DNA from: an uncultured Polyangiaceae bacterium
Lineage (GTDB): Bacteria; Myxococcota_A; Polyangia; Polyangiales; Polyangiaceae
DNA length: 29,343 nt
Assembly: GCA_938004815.1 (NCBI GenBank)
Contig: CALKVR010000172.1
Span: 1-29,343, forward strand
Reading direction: 5' to 3'
In this document: positions 1-12,143 of the stretch, piece by piece
How positions within the stretch are numbered: position 1 is the first letter of the stretch
Layout: each line of letters opens with the position of its first letter
Program-made: the position numbers and the translations under genes
The notes under the pieces: generated by a model
Seen by the model: only the letters and a program-made list of their open reading frames with translations
Database searches by the model: none
What the model was told of the DNA's origin: nothing

Positions 1-1388
<1,388 letters not shown>

Positions 1389-1394
1389 CAGACG

Positions 1395-1400
1395 ATGTTA
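1395..1400 (-). promoter_or_regulatory. Candidate -10 box TAACAT, 6 nt before the kinase GTG (leaderless-type promoter)
   Basis: Minus strand reads TAACAT-cgtctg-GTG, with no Shine-Dalgarno in between. Confidence 0.5.
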
Positions 1401-1421
1401 CCCGTTTAGACTCTCGGGGCT

Positions 1422-4269
<2,848 letters not shown>

Positions 4270-4287
4270 GGCGAGAGCGTCGGCCGC

Positions 4288-5724
4288 TCAGCGGCCCCCG
4301 CCGCCAGAGGCGGCGAGCGTGCCCCGCGCCGCTTCTTTCACGAGCAAGAGCGGCGTGGGCGCCAGGCCGCCGATCAACAGGGCGACGACGAGAGCCAGGC
4401 TCGCCGCGCGCTCACGCGGCAAGACGTCCTCGATCGTGGTCGTGGCGGCGAACGCCGACGGCGAGCCGAGAAAAATGCGCTTGTACGCTCGCACCAGGGT
4501 GATGCCGTTCAGCGCCGTCGACACCAGCAGCACCGCGCTCACGACCGGGTGCTCGGCGAGCAGCCCCTGCACGAGGAGATCGGCAGAGAGGAACGTCGCT
4601 GTCCCGGGGAACGACACGGTCGCGAGCGACAGCACCAAGAACCCCGTCGCGAGCCCGGGCGCCGAGCGCACGAGACCGCCGAGGCACCGCATGTCCTCGG
4701 TTCGGGTCCGACAGGCTACGGCGCGAACGTGGCTCCACAGGCCGGTCATCGCCAGGAGCAGCGCGAGAAACTGGAGCAGCGCTCCCGAGAGAGCGCGCGC
4801 GTCGAGCGCGACGAGCCCGGCGACCACCGCGCCCATCGTCGAGACCCACAAGAGGCCCAGCTGCCGGCCCGCGTGATGTTGGCCGACCGCGAGCAGCGCG
4901 CCGTACGCCGCCGAGACTGCGGCGAGCGGCAGGATCGCGTTCCCCACGGCGGCGGTCGCCTGCGGCGCGAACGCGAGGGCCGCCTTCAACGCCACGAGGG
5001 CGCCGAGCGGCGAAACGATCGTGATCGAGCCGGCCGGCGCACGAACCCGCTCTGCCACCGCCGGCACCCACACGTGAAACGGAAAAACGCCCAGGCGCGC
5101 CATCGCCGCGACCCAGAGGAGCGGGCCAATCCAATGCGTATGCCCGTCGAGCGCCCCCGACGAGACCACATCGGCCGCGCCGAACGGCCACGCGACACCA
5201 GCGCGCGCCGAGAAGAACACGACGGCCGCCACCGCGATCGCAAACGGCAAGAAGCTCGTGAAGACGAGGAACCGAAACGCTCGCCGGAGCACGTCGTCGC
5301 CGCGGCGAGCTTCTCGCCCGAGCGGGACCATCGCGACGAGAGAGAGCGCGAGGAGCGCGGGGAGGCCATCGGCCAGCGTCGCGCCCACCGCGCAGCCCGC
5401 GAGCAAGAGCGCGTCGGAGCTCGTCTCGACCGTCACGACCGCGCGGGGTGCCGAGACGATCGTCGCCAGCGCGCACGCGAGTACGACCGGCAGAATGGCG
5501 GCCGCGAGCGCGTCGGCGTACGAGCCGGTCGCGGGCCAGATGGCCTCGCGCAGCTCGGCGTCACCGACGACCAGCACGCCGAGCATCGCCACGCTCGCCA
5601 TGAGCACCAAGCCCAAGAGGACGCTCGCGGCGAGCCGAGCCGCACGCACGCTGCGCATACGGAGCATGAGCCCCGCGGCGAGCAGGAGCGGGCCCCACAG
5701 CGCAGCGCCGACGCCGTCGATCAC
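4288..5724 (-). CDS. NuoM/MrpD-like proton-conducting membrane protein; putative second membrane subunit of the DAB complex
   Basis: Start corrected to GTG 5724 (GTGA overlap with the dabB stop, GAGG upstream). Very hydrophobic; ARLGVFPFHVWVP, LGGLVRSAPGLATGFLVLSLATVSFPGT and RAYKRIFLG match PF00361-type NuoM segments. Confidence 0.82.
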   Translation of the reverse strand: MIDGVGAALWGPLLLAAGLMLRMRSVRAARLAASVLLGLVLMASVAMLGVLVVGDAELREAIWPATGSYADALAAAILPVVLACALATIVSAPRAVVTVETSSDALLLAGCAVGATLADGLPALLALSLVAMVPLGREARRGDDVLRRAFRFLVFTSFLPFAIAVAAVVFFSARAGVAWPFGAADVVSSGALDGHTHWIGPLLWVAAMARLGVFPFHVWVPAVAERVRAPAGSITIVSPLGALVALKAALAFAPQATAAVGNAILPLAAVSAAYGALLAVGQHHAGRQLGLLWVSTMGAVVAGLVALDARALSGALLQFLALLLAMTGLWSHVRAVACRTRTEDMRCLGGLVRSAPGLATGFLVLSLATVSFPGTATFLSADLLVQGLLAEHPVVSAVLLVSTALNGITLVRAYKRIFLGSPSAFAATTTIEDVLPRERAASLALVVALLIGGLAPTPLLLVKEAARGTLAASGGGGR

Positions 5725-7013
5725 GGCCGCCTCTTGCCTTCGAAGAGCGACCGCTCGAGGGCGTCGAGCCGCTGCGAGAGAAACAGCGCCGGCCGCGCGA
5801 TCCAGCGCTCGAGGGCGGCTTCGACCTCGAACCGTTCGATCGCGAGACGGTAGAGGTATCGGCGGAGCGGCAACCCCAAGAGCTCCCACTGCGCGGCCCG
5901 CTCGTCGGCGCTCGTCGCCCCCAACGCCGCGCGCCGGCGCAGCGCCGATTGCAGCACCGAGGGCGTGAGGAGGAACTGGTAGTAGCGCAGCGTCGCGTGG
6001 GCCACGAGGTGGACGACGGCCAGGGTCGGGAACCCGAGACCGCACTCGACGAACATGATCCCGACCTGGGTGATGGTGGCGTAAGCGAGCGCCGACTTCG
6101 CGTCGGGGCTCACCTGCGCGCTGAGCGTGCCCGCGATCGCCGTCAGCGAACCGATCGCGACGATGAGCAGACGCAGGCCCGGCGAGTCGGCGTAGAGCGG
6201 CTCGATGCGGGCCATGAGGTACACGCCCGCGTGCACCGAGAGCCCGCCGTAGAAGATCGCGCTCGAAGCGGTTGGCCCCTCCATCGCGCGCGGGAGCCAC
6301 CCGCCAACCGGAAACTGCGCCGACTTGCCCATCGCCGCGATCAGAACGCCCAGCGTGACCAGCCCAGCGCCGCCCGCGGCCGGGGCGGCGAGCACACGGA
6401 CGAAGCTGGTCGAGTGGTAGGCCTGGTGCAGCCAGAGGGCGCCGAGCAGCAGCCCGACGTCGCAGAGACGATAGGTGACGAGCACGCGGATGGCGGCACG
6501 GACGGGGCCGCGTCGATCGTGAAAGAACGCGACGAGGAGGACCGACGTCATGCCGACGACCTCCCACCCGGCGAACAGCAGCTCGACGCTCCCGCCCAGC
6601 ACCAGGAGCTGGATGCCGGACGCGAACACGAGCATCAGGCTGAAGAATCGGACGAACCCGGGCTCGCGGTGCAGGTAGTTGGCCGAGAACCGGCACGTCG
6701 CGAGGAGGAGGATCGCGGCCGTCACGGAGACCGGCGCGCTCAGCCGGTCGATCAGGAAGCGGAGCTCGTAGCTCGACTCGCCCGCGCGGTACCAATGGCC
6801 GACGCGCACGTCGACGGGGCCGAAAAGGGCGCCGGCCCACCGGAGCAGGCCGACGCCGACGGACAAGAGCGAGAGCATGAGCACCGCGGTGGCGAGGCGC
6901 ACGATCGCGCGCTCGGAGGGGCGCCAGCCCAGCCCCACCAGCGCGGCGATCGCCAGTGCCCCGAGCGCCGGCCAGCCAGGCGCCATGGCGATGGCGACGT
7001 CAGACCACTCCAC
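5721..7013 (-). CDS. dabB: DAB inorganic carbon transporter membrane subunit (NuoL/ND5-like, C-terminally short)
   Basis: LIDRLS, NYLHREPGFVRFF, LFAGWEVVG, GKSAQFP..WLPRAMEGPTASSA, VHAGVYL; directly downstream of DUF2309; GAGGAG RBS before GTG. Confidence 0.88.
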   Translation of the reverse strand: MEWSDVAIAMAPGWPALGALAIAALVGLGWRPSERAIVRLATAVLMLSLLSVGVGLLRWAGALFGPVDVRVGHWYRAGESSYELRFLIDRLSAPVSVTAAILLLATCRFSANYLHREPGFVRFFSLMLVFASGIQLLVLGGSVELLFAGWEVVGMTSVLLVAFFHDRRGPVRAAIRVLVTYRLCDVGLLLGALWLHQAYHSTSFVRVLAAPAAGGAGLVTLGVLIAAMGKSAQFPVGGWLPRAMEGPTASSAIFYGGLSVHAGVYLMARIEPLYADSPGLRLLIVAIGSLTAIAGTLSAQVSPDAKSALAYATITQVGIMFVECGLGFPTLAVVHLVAHATLRYYQFLLTPSVLQSALRRRAALGATSADERAAQWELLGLPLRRYLYRLAIERFEVEAALERWIARPALFLSQRLDALERSLFEGKRRP

Positions 7014-10000
7014 CGGACTCCTCGAAGGGCGCGATGTCTCGAGCGACGAGCGCCGGTGCCAAGAGGCCGTGGTGACCCCGGTACCAATCCGCCGAGCGCG
7101 CGACCTCGGCGACGCGCGAATGCCGGGGGCTCCAGGGCTCGAACCCGGAGCGGGGTGAGAAGATCGTGACCGCCCCCGTGTCGGGATCGATCGCGATGAG
7201 GTGGACCCACTGGTTGCGGCAGAGCTCGCCGATGGTCGGGGCGCGGTCGAGGACCGCCTCGAGCACGGCGGGGGTCGCCTCGACGACGAGCTGGAGGCGG
7301 ATGGGCTCGTGCACTTCGACCATCTGGCGGGGCAAGCCCGTGCGGAGATCGCTCGACGCGCCGTTCATGACGCCAAAGAGCCCGGTCACGTTGTGAGGCA
7401 GCTTGGTGCCGGCGCCCCAGCGCTCGTCATCGACGGCCGAGAACAAGTACTCGAGGTTTATCCCCGAGCAGACGGGGCCGACCGCGAGCAAGATGCGCTC
7501 GAGGATGCGACCTTCGGGATCGCTGGTCGGATCGTACGAGACCAAAAACGCGCGGCGATCGAGGAAGAGGTCGCGGCTCAGCGCGCGCCGCCCGACGACG
7601 CACGCGGCGTTGGTCGCGTGGCCGAGCTCGGGGCGCGCTTGGCTCAGGTCGAACGAGCGGGCCTCGACGTGTCGCCGCGCCGCCTCGGGCGCGATCGTCG
7701 CCGACGCCGACGCGAACTTTCGACAGCGCTCCTGGCTGTTGTCCGCGAGCGCCCGATCGAGCAGCGTCTGCAGCCGCTCGAGCTCGGCCGCGAGACGCAC
7801 CGGCACCTCGTCGGTGTCGAAGAGGCGAACCGTGTCGGCGCACGTGTCGTGCTCGCCGCCGAGAAACCAGGTCGTGTCGGGGATGTCGATGCCGCGGGCA
7901 CGCAGGGCGGCGCGGACCTCGGGCTTGTTCGCCATGTGCGCGAAGAGACGCGCGTTGGGGCCGCCGCTGCGGCCGCCGCATGCTCCGCAGGAATACGCAG
8001 CGAAGTGCGGGTTATTGGCGCTCGACGCGTCGTGTCCGAGCAGCACCACGAGGCTCGCGAACCCCGATGTGAGCCCGGCGTTCTCGAGCAGAGTCGCGAC
8101 GCGCTCCGCTTTCTCTTCGACCGCGAAGCCGACGGTGATGGTGGCCGTCTCGTCGACCGTCGCGCGGGCACCCGACAAGCGCGTGCGCGGCGCGGGCAAG
8201 ACTAGGCTCGCGACCTTCTTTCGCACCCGCCCCGCCACCCAGGGCGCGAAGACCACGGCGAGTAGCGGCAGCGTGGCGATGAAACCGACGACGGCGGTCA
8301 CGATCGCGCCCCAGACGACCGAGTTCTGGGCGCGCTCGATCTTGATCGATACATTCGTCAGGCTTTGGAGGCGGCGACGGCGCGCCGCCGCTACGGGCGC
8401 GTGCTCCGAGAGCACCTCTTCTGCGACCTTGTGCTGAGGGGTCAACACGACCGGGCAGAGCGGGAAGGTCGAGGGGTCATCGATGCCCTGATAGGCGATG
8501 GCGAGGTTGAAGAAACCGGGCACGCCGTAGGTCACGTGCTCGGGCGCGAGCTCCTCGAAATGGCGTCGCAAGGACTCTTCTCGATCGTCGATGCAGAAAA
8601 AGACCTGAAACCGCGGCGATGCCGGCGGCGCTGGGCTCTTCGCTCGTGCGGCGAGGCCGGTGAGGAGCTGCTCGCGATAGTGCCTCTCGTAGGCCTCGTG
8701 CCAGATCCGCATGCGTGTCGGCCCGTCGAGCGCGTGCAGGAGCTCGACGAGCGCGTCGATCTCGGCGGGCGAGAGCGCGAGCAGCGACGGCGCCGCGACC
8801 CCGGCGTGCTGTGCGACGACGAAGAGCGGCCACGCGCGATCGTGCTCCCCTGAGCGAAGGGCGGCCGCCACCGGCGGCAGCTCGGCCGCGAACGCGCGAA
8901 GCTCGTTGAGCTCGCCGTGGTGACCGAGGCGCGACGCCACCTCGGTGAGCGCGAGCACGTCGAGGCACAGACGAACGGCGACGAAGTCGACGAGGCTCAC
9001 CGACGGTGCCGAGCGCCCCGCGGCGGGAGCCGACGACTCGAGGCGGTGGAACATCCCCGCCCAACCGGGCAGACGCAGGACGGTGCTTCGCAAGAAGCTC
9101 TCACGCTCGTGGGGCTCGATGCCGAGCTCGTCACAAAAGCTCTTGATCGCGCTCTCGGCCGTCTCGCCGCTCGCCTCCCACAAGCGGAGCTGGTCGCCCA
9201 GGTCGCGCAGCCAAGCGGGCCTGAGCGCGTGACCGGCGGCGAGCACCCGCCTGAACGCGACGAAGAAGCCGTGCTCGCGGTCCGGCATCGACCACTGCGA
9301 CTGGCCGCGGTCCAGGAACGCGCCCGCGAGCCCGACTAGGATGGGGTGTACGAGGTCGTCGGGGTCGTCACCGCCGACTCGCAAGACGGCGTCGCGCGGC
9401 AGGATGGGGCAAGGCGGGGCGGCTGGCGCCGCCGGGGCACGCCTGCTGCGCGGCGCGAGGGCCGAGACGCCACGCGACGCCTCCCAGAGCGCGGCGACGG
9501 CGATCGACTCGCGCGGCGCGGCGAGGAGCGCGCGCAGACCCGCGTCGGTCGCGGGGCGACCAAAGCGCTCCTCGAACGTGGTGGCGATCGTCCGCGCATC
9601 GCCCGGGCCGGTGACGAGGGCGAGCGCCTCCTCGAGCGGCCGCGCGTCTGCCGCCGCGCGCAGCCATTGCCACGTCTCGTCGACGACCCGCGCCTTCGAC
9701 GTGGGGGCCACGCCAGCGACGAAGCTCGTCGCCGCGCCGTGCTCGTCGAGCTGCCAGAGCACGCCCGCGGGCGTCTCCGCGTGGACACCGTGGACGAGGA
9801 CGAGCCGGGCCAGATCGTGCGCGGTCGGCAGCGAGTTGGGGAGAGCCGATGGCGTCACCCCGAGCTCGGCTCGAATGGCGGCAATGATATCGTCATCGGT
9901 GATGCGCCCGCCCGCGAACGCGGCCAAGTATTGCCTCTCCTCCAGGTACCCGCGGGCGCCCGTCGCCTCCGAGGCGCGCTGAACCGCCTCGTGGAACGGA

Positions 10001-10140
10001 AGATGCTCGAAGGCGTGCAGGGTGTTGTGGTGGACGAACACCTCGAGAGGCGCCTGCGCGGGGAGCAGGTGCCCGACGCTCGCGAGCGCCGGGCCGAGCC
10101 ACCCCGACTCGGCCCGCGATGGAAGCTCGGGATCGTTCAC
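7000..10140 (-). CDS. dabA: DAB inorganic carbon transporter subunit A (DUF2309/UPF0753, beta-carbonic-anhydrase-like Zn site)
   Basis: Start corrected to GTG 10140 (1046 aa). LPAQAPLEVFVHHNTLHAF, FCIDDREES, GHDASSANNPH, SCGACGG, ARPELGHATNA, INLEYLFS, DLRTGLP.QMVEVHEP. The Cys/Asp/His/Cys Zn-site residues are present. Confidence 0.94.
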   Translation of the reverse strand: MNDPELPSRAESGWLGPALASVGHLLPAQAPLEVFVHHNTLHAFEHLPFHEAVQRASEATGARGYLEERQYLAAFAGGRITDDDIIAAIRAELGVTPSALPNSLPTAHDLARLVLVHGVHAETPAGVLWQLDEHGAATSFVAGVAPTSKARVVDETWQWLRAAADARPLEEALALVTGPGDARTIATTFEERFGRPATDAGLRALLAAPRESIAVAALWEASRGVSALAPRSRRAPAAPAAPPCPILPRDAVLRVGGDDPDDLVHPILVGLAGAFLDRGQSQWSMPDREHGFFVAFRRVLAAGHALRPAWLRDLGDQLRLWEASGETAESAIKSFCDELGIEPHERESFLRSTVLRLPGWAGMFHRLESSAPAAGRSAPSVSLVDFVAVRLCLDVLALTEVASRLGHHGELNELRAFAAELPPVAAALRSGEHDRAWPLFVVAQHAGVAAPSLLALSPAEIDALVELLHALDGPTRMRIWHEAYERHYREQLLTGLAARAKSPAPPASPRFQVFFCIDDREESLRRHFEELAPEHVTYGVPGFFNLAIAYQGIDDPSTFPLCPVVLTPQHKVAEEVLSEHAPVAAARRRRLQSLTNVSIKIERAQNSVVWGAIVTAVVGFIATLPLLAVVFAPWVAGRVRKKVASLVLPAPRTRLSGARATVDETATITVGFAVEEKAERVATLLENAGLTSGFASLVVLLGHDASSANNPHFAAYSCGACGGRSGGPNARLFAHMANKPEVRAALRARGIDIPDTTWFLGGEHDTCADTVRLFDTDEVPVRLAAELERLQTLLDRALADNSQERCRKFASASATIAPEAARRHVEARSFDLSQARPELGHATNAACVVGRRALSRDLFLDRRAFLVSYDPTSDPEGRILERILLAVGPVCSGINLEYLFSAVDDERWGAGTKLPHNVTGLFGVMNGASSDLRTGLPRQMVEVHEPIRLQLVVEATPAVLEAVLDRAPTIGELCRNQWVHLIAIDPDTGAVTIFSPRSGFEPWSPRHSRVAEVARSADWYRGHHGLLAPALVARDIAPFEESGGVV

Positions 10141-10514
10141 TGGGCCGCGACGCACGCGCCGAGGCAATCGGCGCATTTCGAGCAGGAGCTGGTCGCGCAG
10201 CCATCGCAGACGAACGAGGGCGGGCAAGGCGGGATGGCCGGACCGCACCGCTGCGCGCAGTAACCACCGCTGAAGACGCACACGTCCTCGCCGATCGTGT
10301 TGCCGCAATCCGAGTGGTCGTCGCACGCGACCACGCCCGACGAGCTGCTCACGACGCTGCTCGCCTTGGAGCTGGCGCTCGACGACTTGCTCGTGGCGCT
10401 CGACGTGGAGGTGGTCGCCGAGCCTCCGCCCCCCTCGTTCTCGACCACGACCGTCCCGCTGCACGCGACCGCGGCGACGACGGAGGCCGCACCGGCGAGG
10501 AAGAGGAAGCGCAT
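10137..10514 (-). CDS. Small Cys-rich lipoprotein (Ser/Thr/Gly linker plus 12-Cys domain)
   Basis: Signal peptide and lipobox (VAAVAC), low-complexity linker, 12 Cys in the last ~60 aa; its stop overlaps the dabA start (GTGA). Confidence 0.8.
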   Translation of the reverse strand: MRFLFLAGAASVVAAVACSGTVVVENEGGGGSATTSTSSATSKSSSASSKASSVVSSSSGVVACDDHSDCGNTIGEDVCVFSGGYCAQRCGPAIPPCPPSFVCDGCATSSCSKCADCLGACVAAQ

Positions 10515-10520
10515 TGGCGC

Positions 10521-10526
10521 ATTCTA
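10521..10526 (-). promoter_or_regulatory. Candidate -10 box TAGAAT, 6 nt before the lipoprotein ATG (possible internal promoter for lipoprotein-dabAB)
   Basis: Minus strand reads TAGAAT-gcgcca-ATG. Caveat: the TAG is also the cyclase stop codon. Confidence 0.45.
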
Positions 10527-12143
10527 CTCACGCGGCGCGAGCTCGCGATAGCGGAGAGGCTCGGCCACGTTCTTCACTGCCGCCGTGCGCTCCTCGCCAA
10601 AGGCATCGGTGCCGAGGTGGGCGACCACCGAGTCCATGCACAGGATCTGATCGCGGGTGGCGAGGCCCTGCAGCCGAGCCGCGCTGTTCATCACGCTGCC
10701 GAAGGCGGTGTAGTTCTCGTCGGGGCCGACGCGACCGACGAAGACGCGACCGATGTGCACCCCCGTCGCGACGCCGATCGGCGGCGAGAGGCCCGCGAGC
10801 TCCGGAAGCTCACGGCCCTCGCCCAGCTGTCGCGTCAGCTCGCGGATGCGCTCGGCAGCGAGGACGGCCCGCTCGCAGATCTCTCTGGGCGAGTGGTCGA
10901 AGAACGGTGGACCAAAGAGGGCGATGATGCAGTCGCCGACCATCTTGTCGAACACACCGTCCAGAGAGAACACGACCTCGACCGCGCGCTGGCTCCAGGT
11001 GTCGACCAGCTTGGCGATCTTCTCGGGCTCCCGCAGGACCTGCTCGCTGATGCGCGAGAAGCCGGAGATGTCGGCGTAGAGGATCGCGACCTCGCGCTCC
11101 CGAGGAGACAAGAGCGCCTGGTCGTAGCCCTCGGTCGCGAGGAGACGCTCGACCACTCCGCGCGGGAACTCGCGCGCCAGGTGGTTCCACTCGCGCGCGT
11201 GGTCGATCAGGCGCTGCCGCAAGATGTCGCAGAAGCGCTCGAGGACGTCGCGGTCGAACGTCGACAGCTCGCCCCGCCGGCTCGTCACCACGAGCTTGCC
11301 GAGAACGCGTTTGTCGCGCACTCCCTGGATGAGCGACTCTTCGCGGAACCGCGTGATGCCGAGCTTGGCGAGGAGCGCGCGCGAGTCGCCGTGCACCATG
11401 GCCGCGGCGTGCTTCTTGATGAAATCGTCGATCGTCAGCTCGCCCGTGACGTCAGCGACGTGGGTGAGCACACCGCCCTGGATGATGCGGTACGTGAGCC
11501 GCGCGCCGTGGGCCGCGTGCTCGTCGCGCACGACCAGCAGCAGATCGTCGAACTGGACCGAACGCCTGAGCACCTGGAGCGCCGCGTCGATCCCGCGGTC
11601 CAGGACGGGGTCGACGAGCGCGTTGCCGAGCTCCCGCGCCACGAGCGACTTTTGCCGAAAGACGGAGATGAACGCGAGCTGGTTGTCGACCGTCTCGGCG
11701 AACACGTGAACCAGCGCGCGCGCCCGCTCGAGCTCGCCGTCAGAGGCGACCCGCCCGAGGCGCACGGCGATCATGCCGAAGAGCTCGCCCGCGACGTCGA
11801 GGTGCTCGGCGAAGACGGTGTAGCCATCACCCCGCACCGAGAAGTGCTCGCGCCGCTCGGTCGCCTTTGCGGCGGCGCCGACGACGGCGTCGAGGCTCGA
11901 GGGGCCGGCCGGCCACGTGAAGCTCGTCATCTCCAGGTTCTCGTCGAAGGTGCGCAGCACCACCGCTTCGAGCCCCGCCGCCTCGGCGAGGATCTCGAGC
12001 AACCGCCCGACGTAGGCCTCGAGCGGCAAACGCTCGCGGAGCGCTTCCTCGAGGACGTCGTCGACGCGCGCCGTGAGCGCGAGCTCTTGCTCGAGCAGAG
12101 CCAGGCGCCCCGAAGGCGCGTCGGACGAATCGGCGGCCGTCAT
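10524..12143 (-). CDS. Class III adenylyl cyclase with N-terminal tandem GAF-like domains
   Basis: Start corrected to ATG 12143 (ATGA overlap, 539 aa). ILYADISGFS, FDKMVGDCIIALFG, GVHIGRVFVG, NYTAFGSVMNSAARLQ: both metal Asp, substrate Lys/Thr and Asn/Arg are present. No transmembrane segment seen. The GAF call is less certain than the cyclase call. Confidence 0.9.
   Translation of the reverse strand: MTAADSSDAPSGRLALLEQELALTARVDDVLEEALRERLPLEAYVGRLLEILAEAAGLEAVVLRTFDENLEMTSFTWPAGPSSLDAVVGAAAKATERREHFSVRGDGYTVFAEHLDVAGELFGMIAVRLGRVASDGELERARALVHVFAETVDNQLAFISVFRQKSLVARELGNALVDPVLDRGIDAALQVLRRSVQFDDLLLVVRDEHAAHGARLTYRIIQGGVLTHVADVTGELTIDDFIKKHAAAMVHGDSRALLAKLGITRFREESLIQGVRDKRVLGKLVVTSRRGELSTFDRDVLERFCDILRQRLIDHAREWNHLAREFPRGVVERLLATEGYDQALLSPREREVAILYADISGFSRISEQVLREPEKIAKLVDTWSQRAVEVVFSLDGVFDKMVGDCIIALFGPPFFDHSPREICERAVLAAERIRELTRQLGEGRELPELAGLSPPIGVATGVHIGRVFVGRVGPDENYTAFGSVMNSAARLQGLATRDQILCMDSVVAHLGTDAFGEERTAAVKNVAEPLRYRELAPRE

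Noticed and set aside
4288-7013. Respiratory complex I or Mrp antiporter operon
   Set aside because: Only NuoL-like and NuoM-like genes are present, with no other nuo/mrp subunits, and they are coupled to DUF2309, which indicates DAB.
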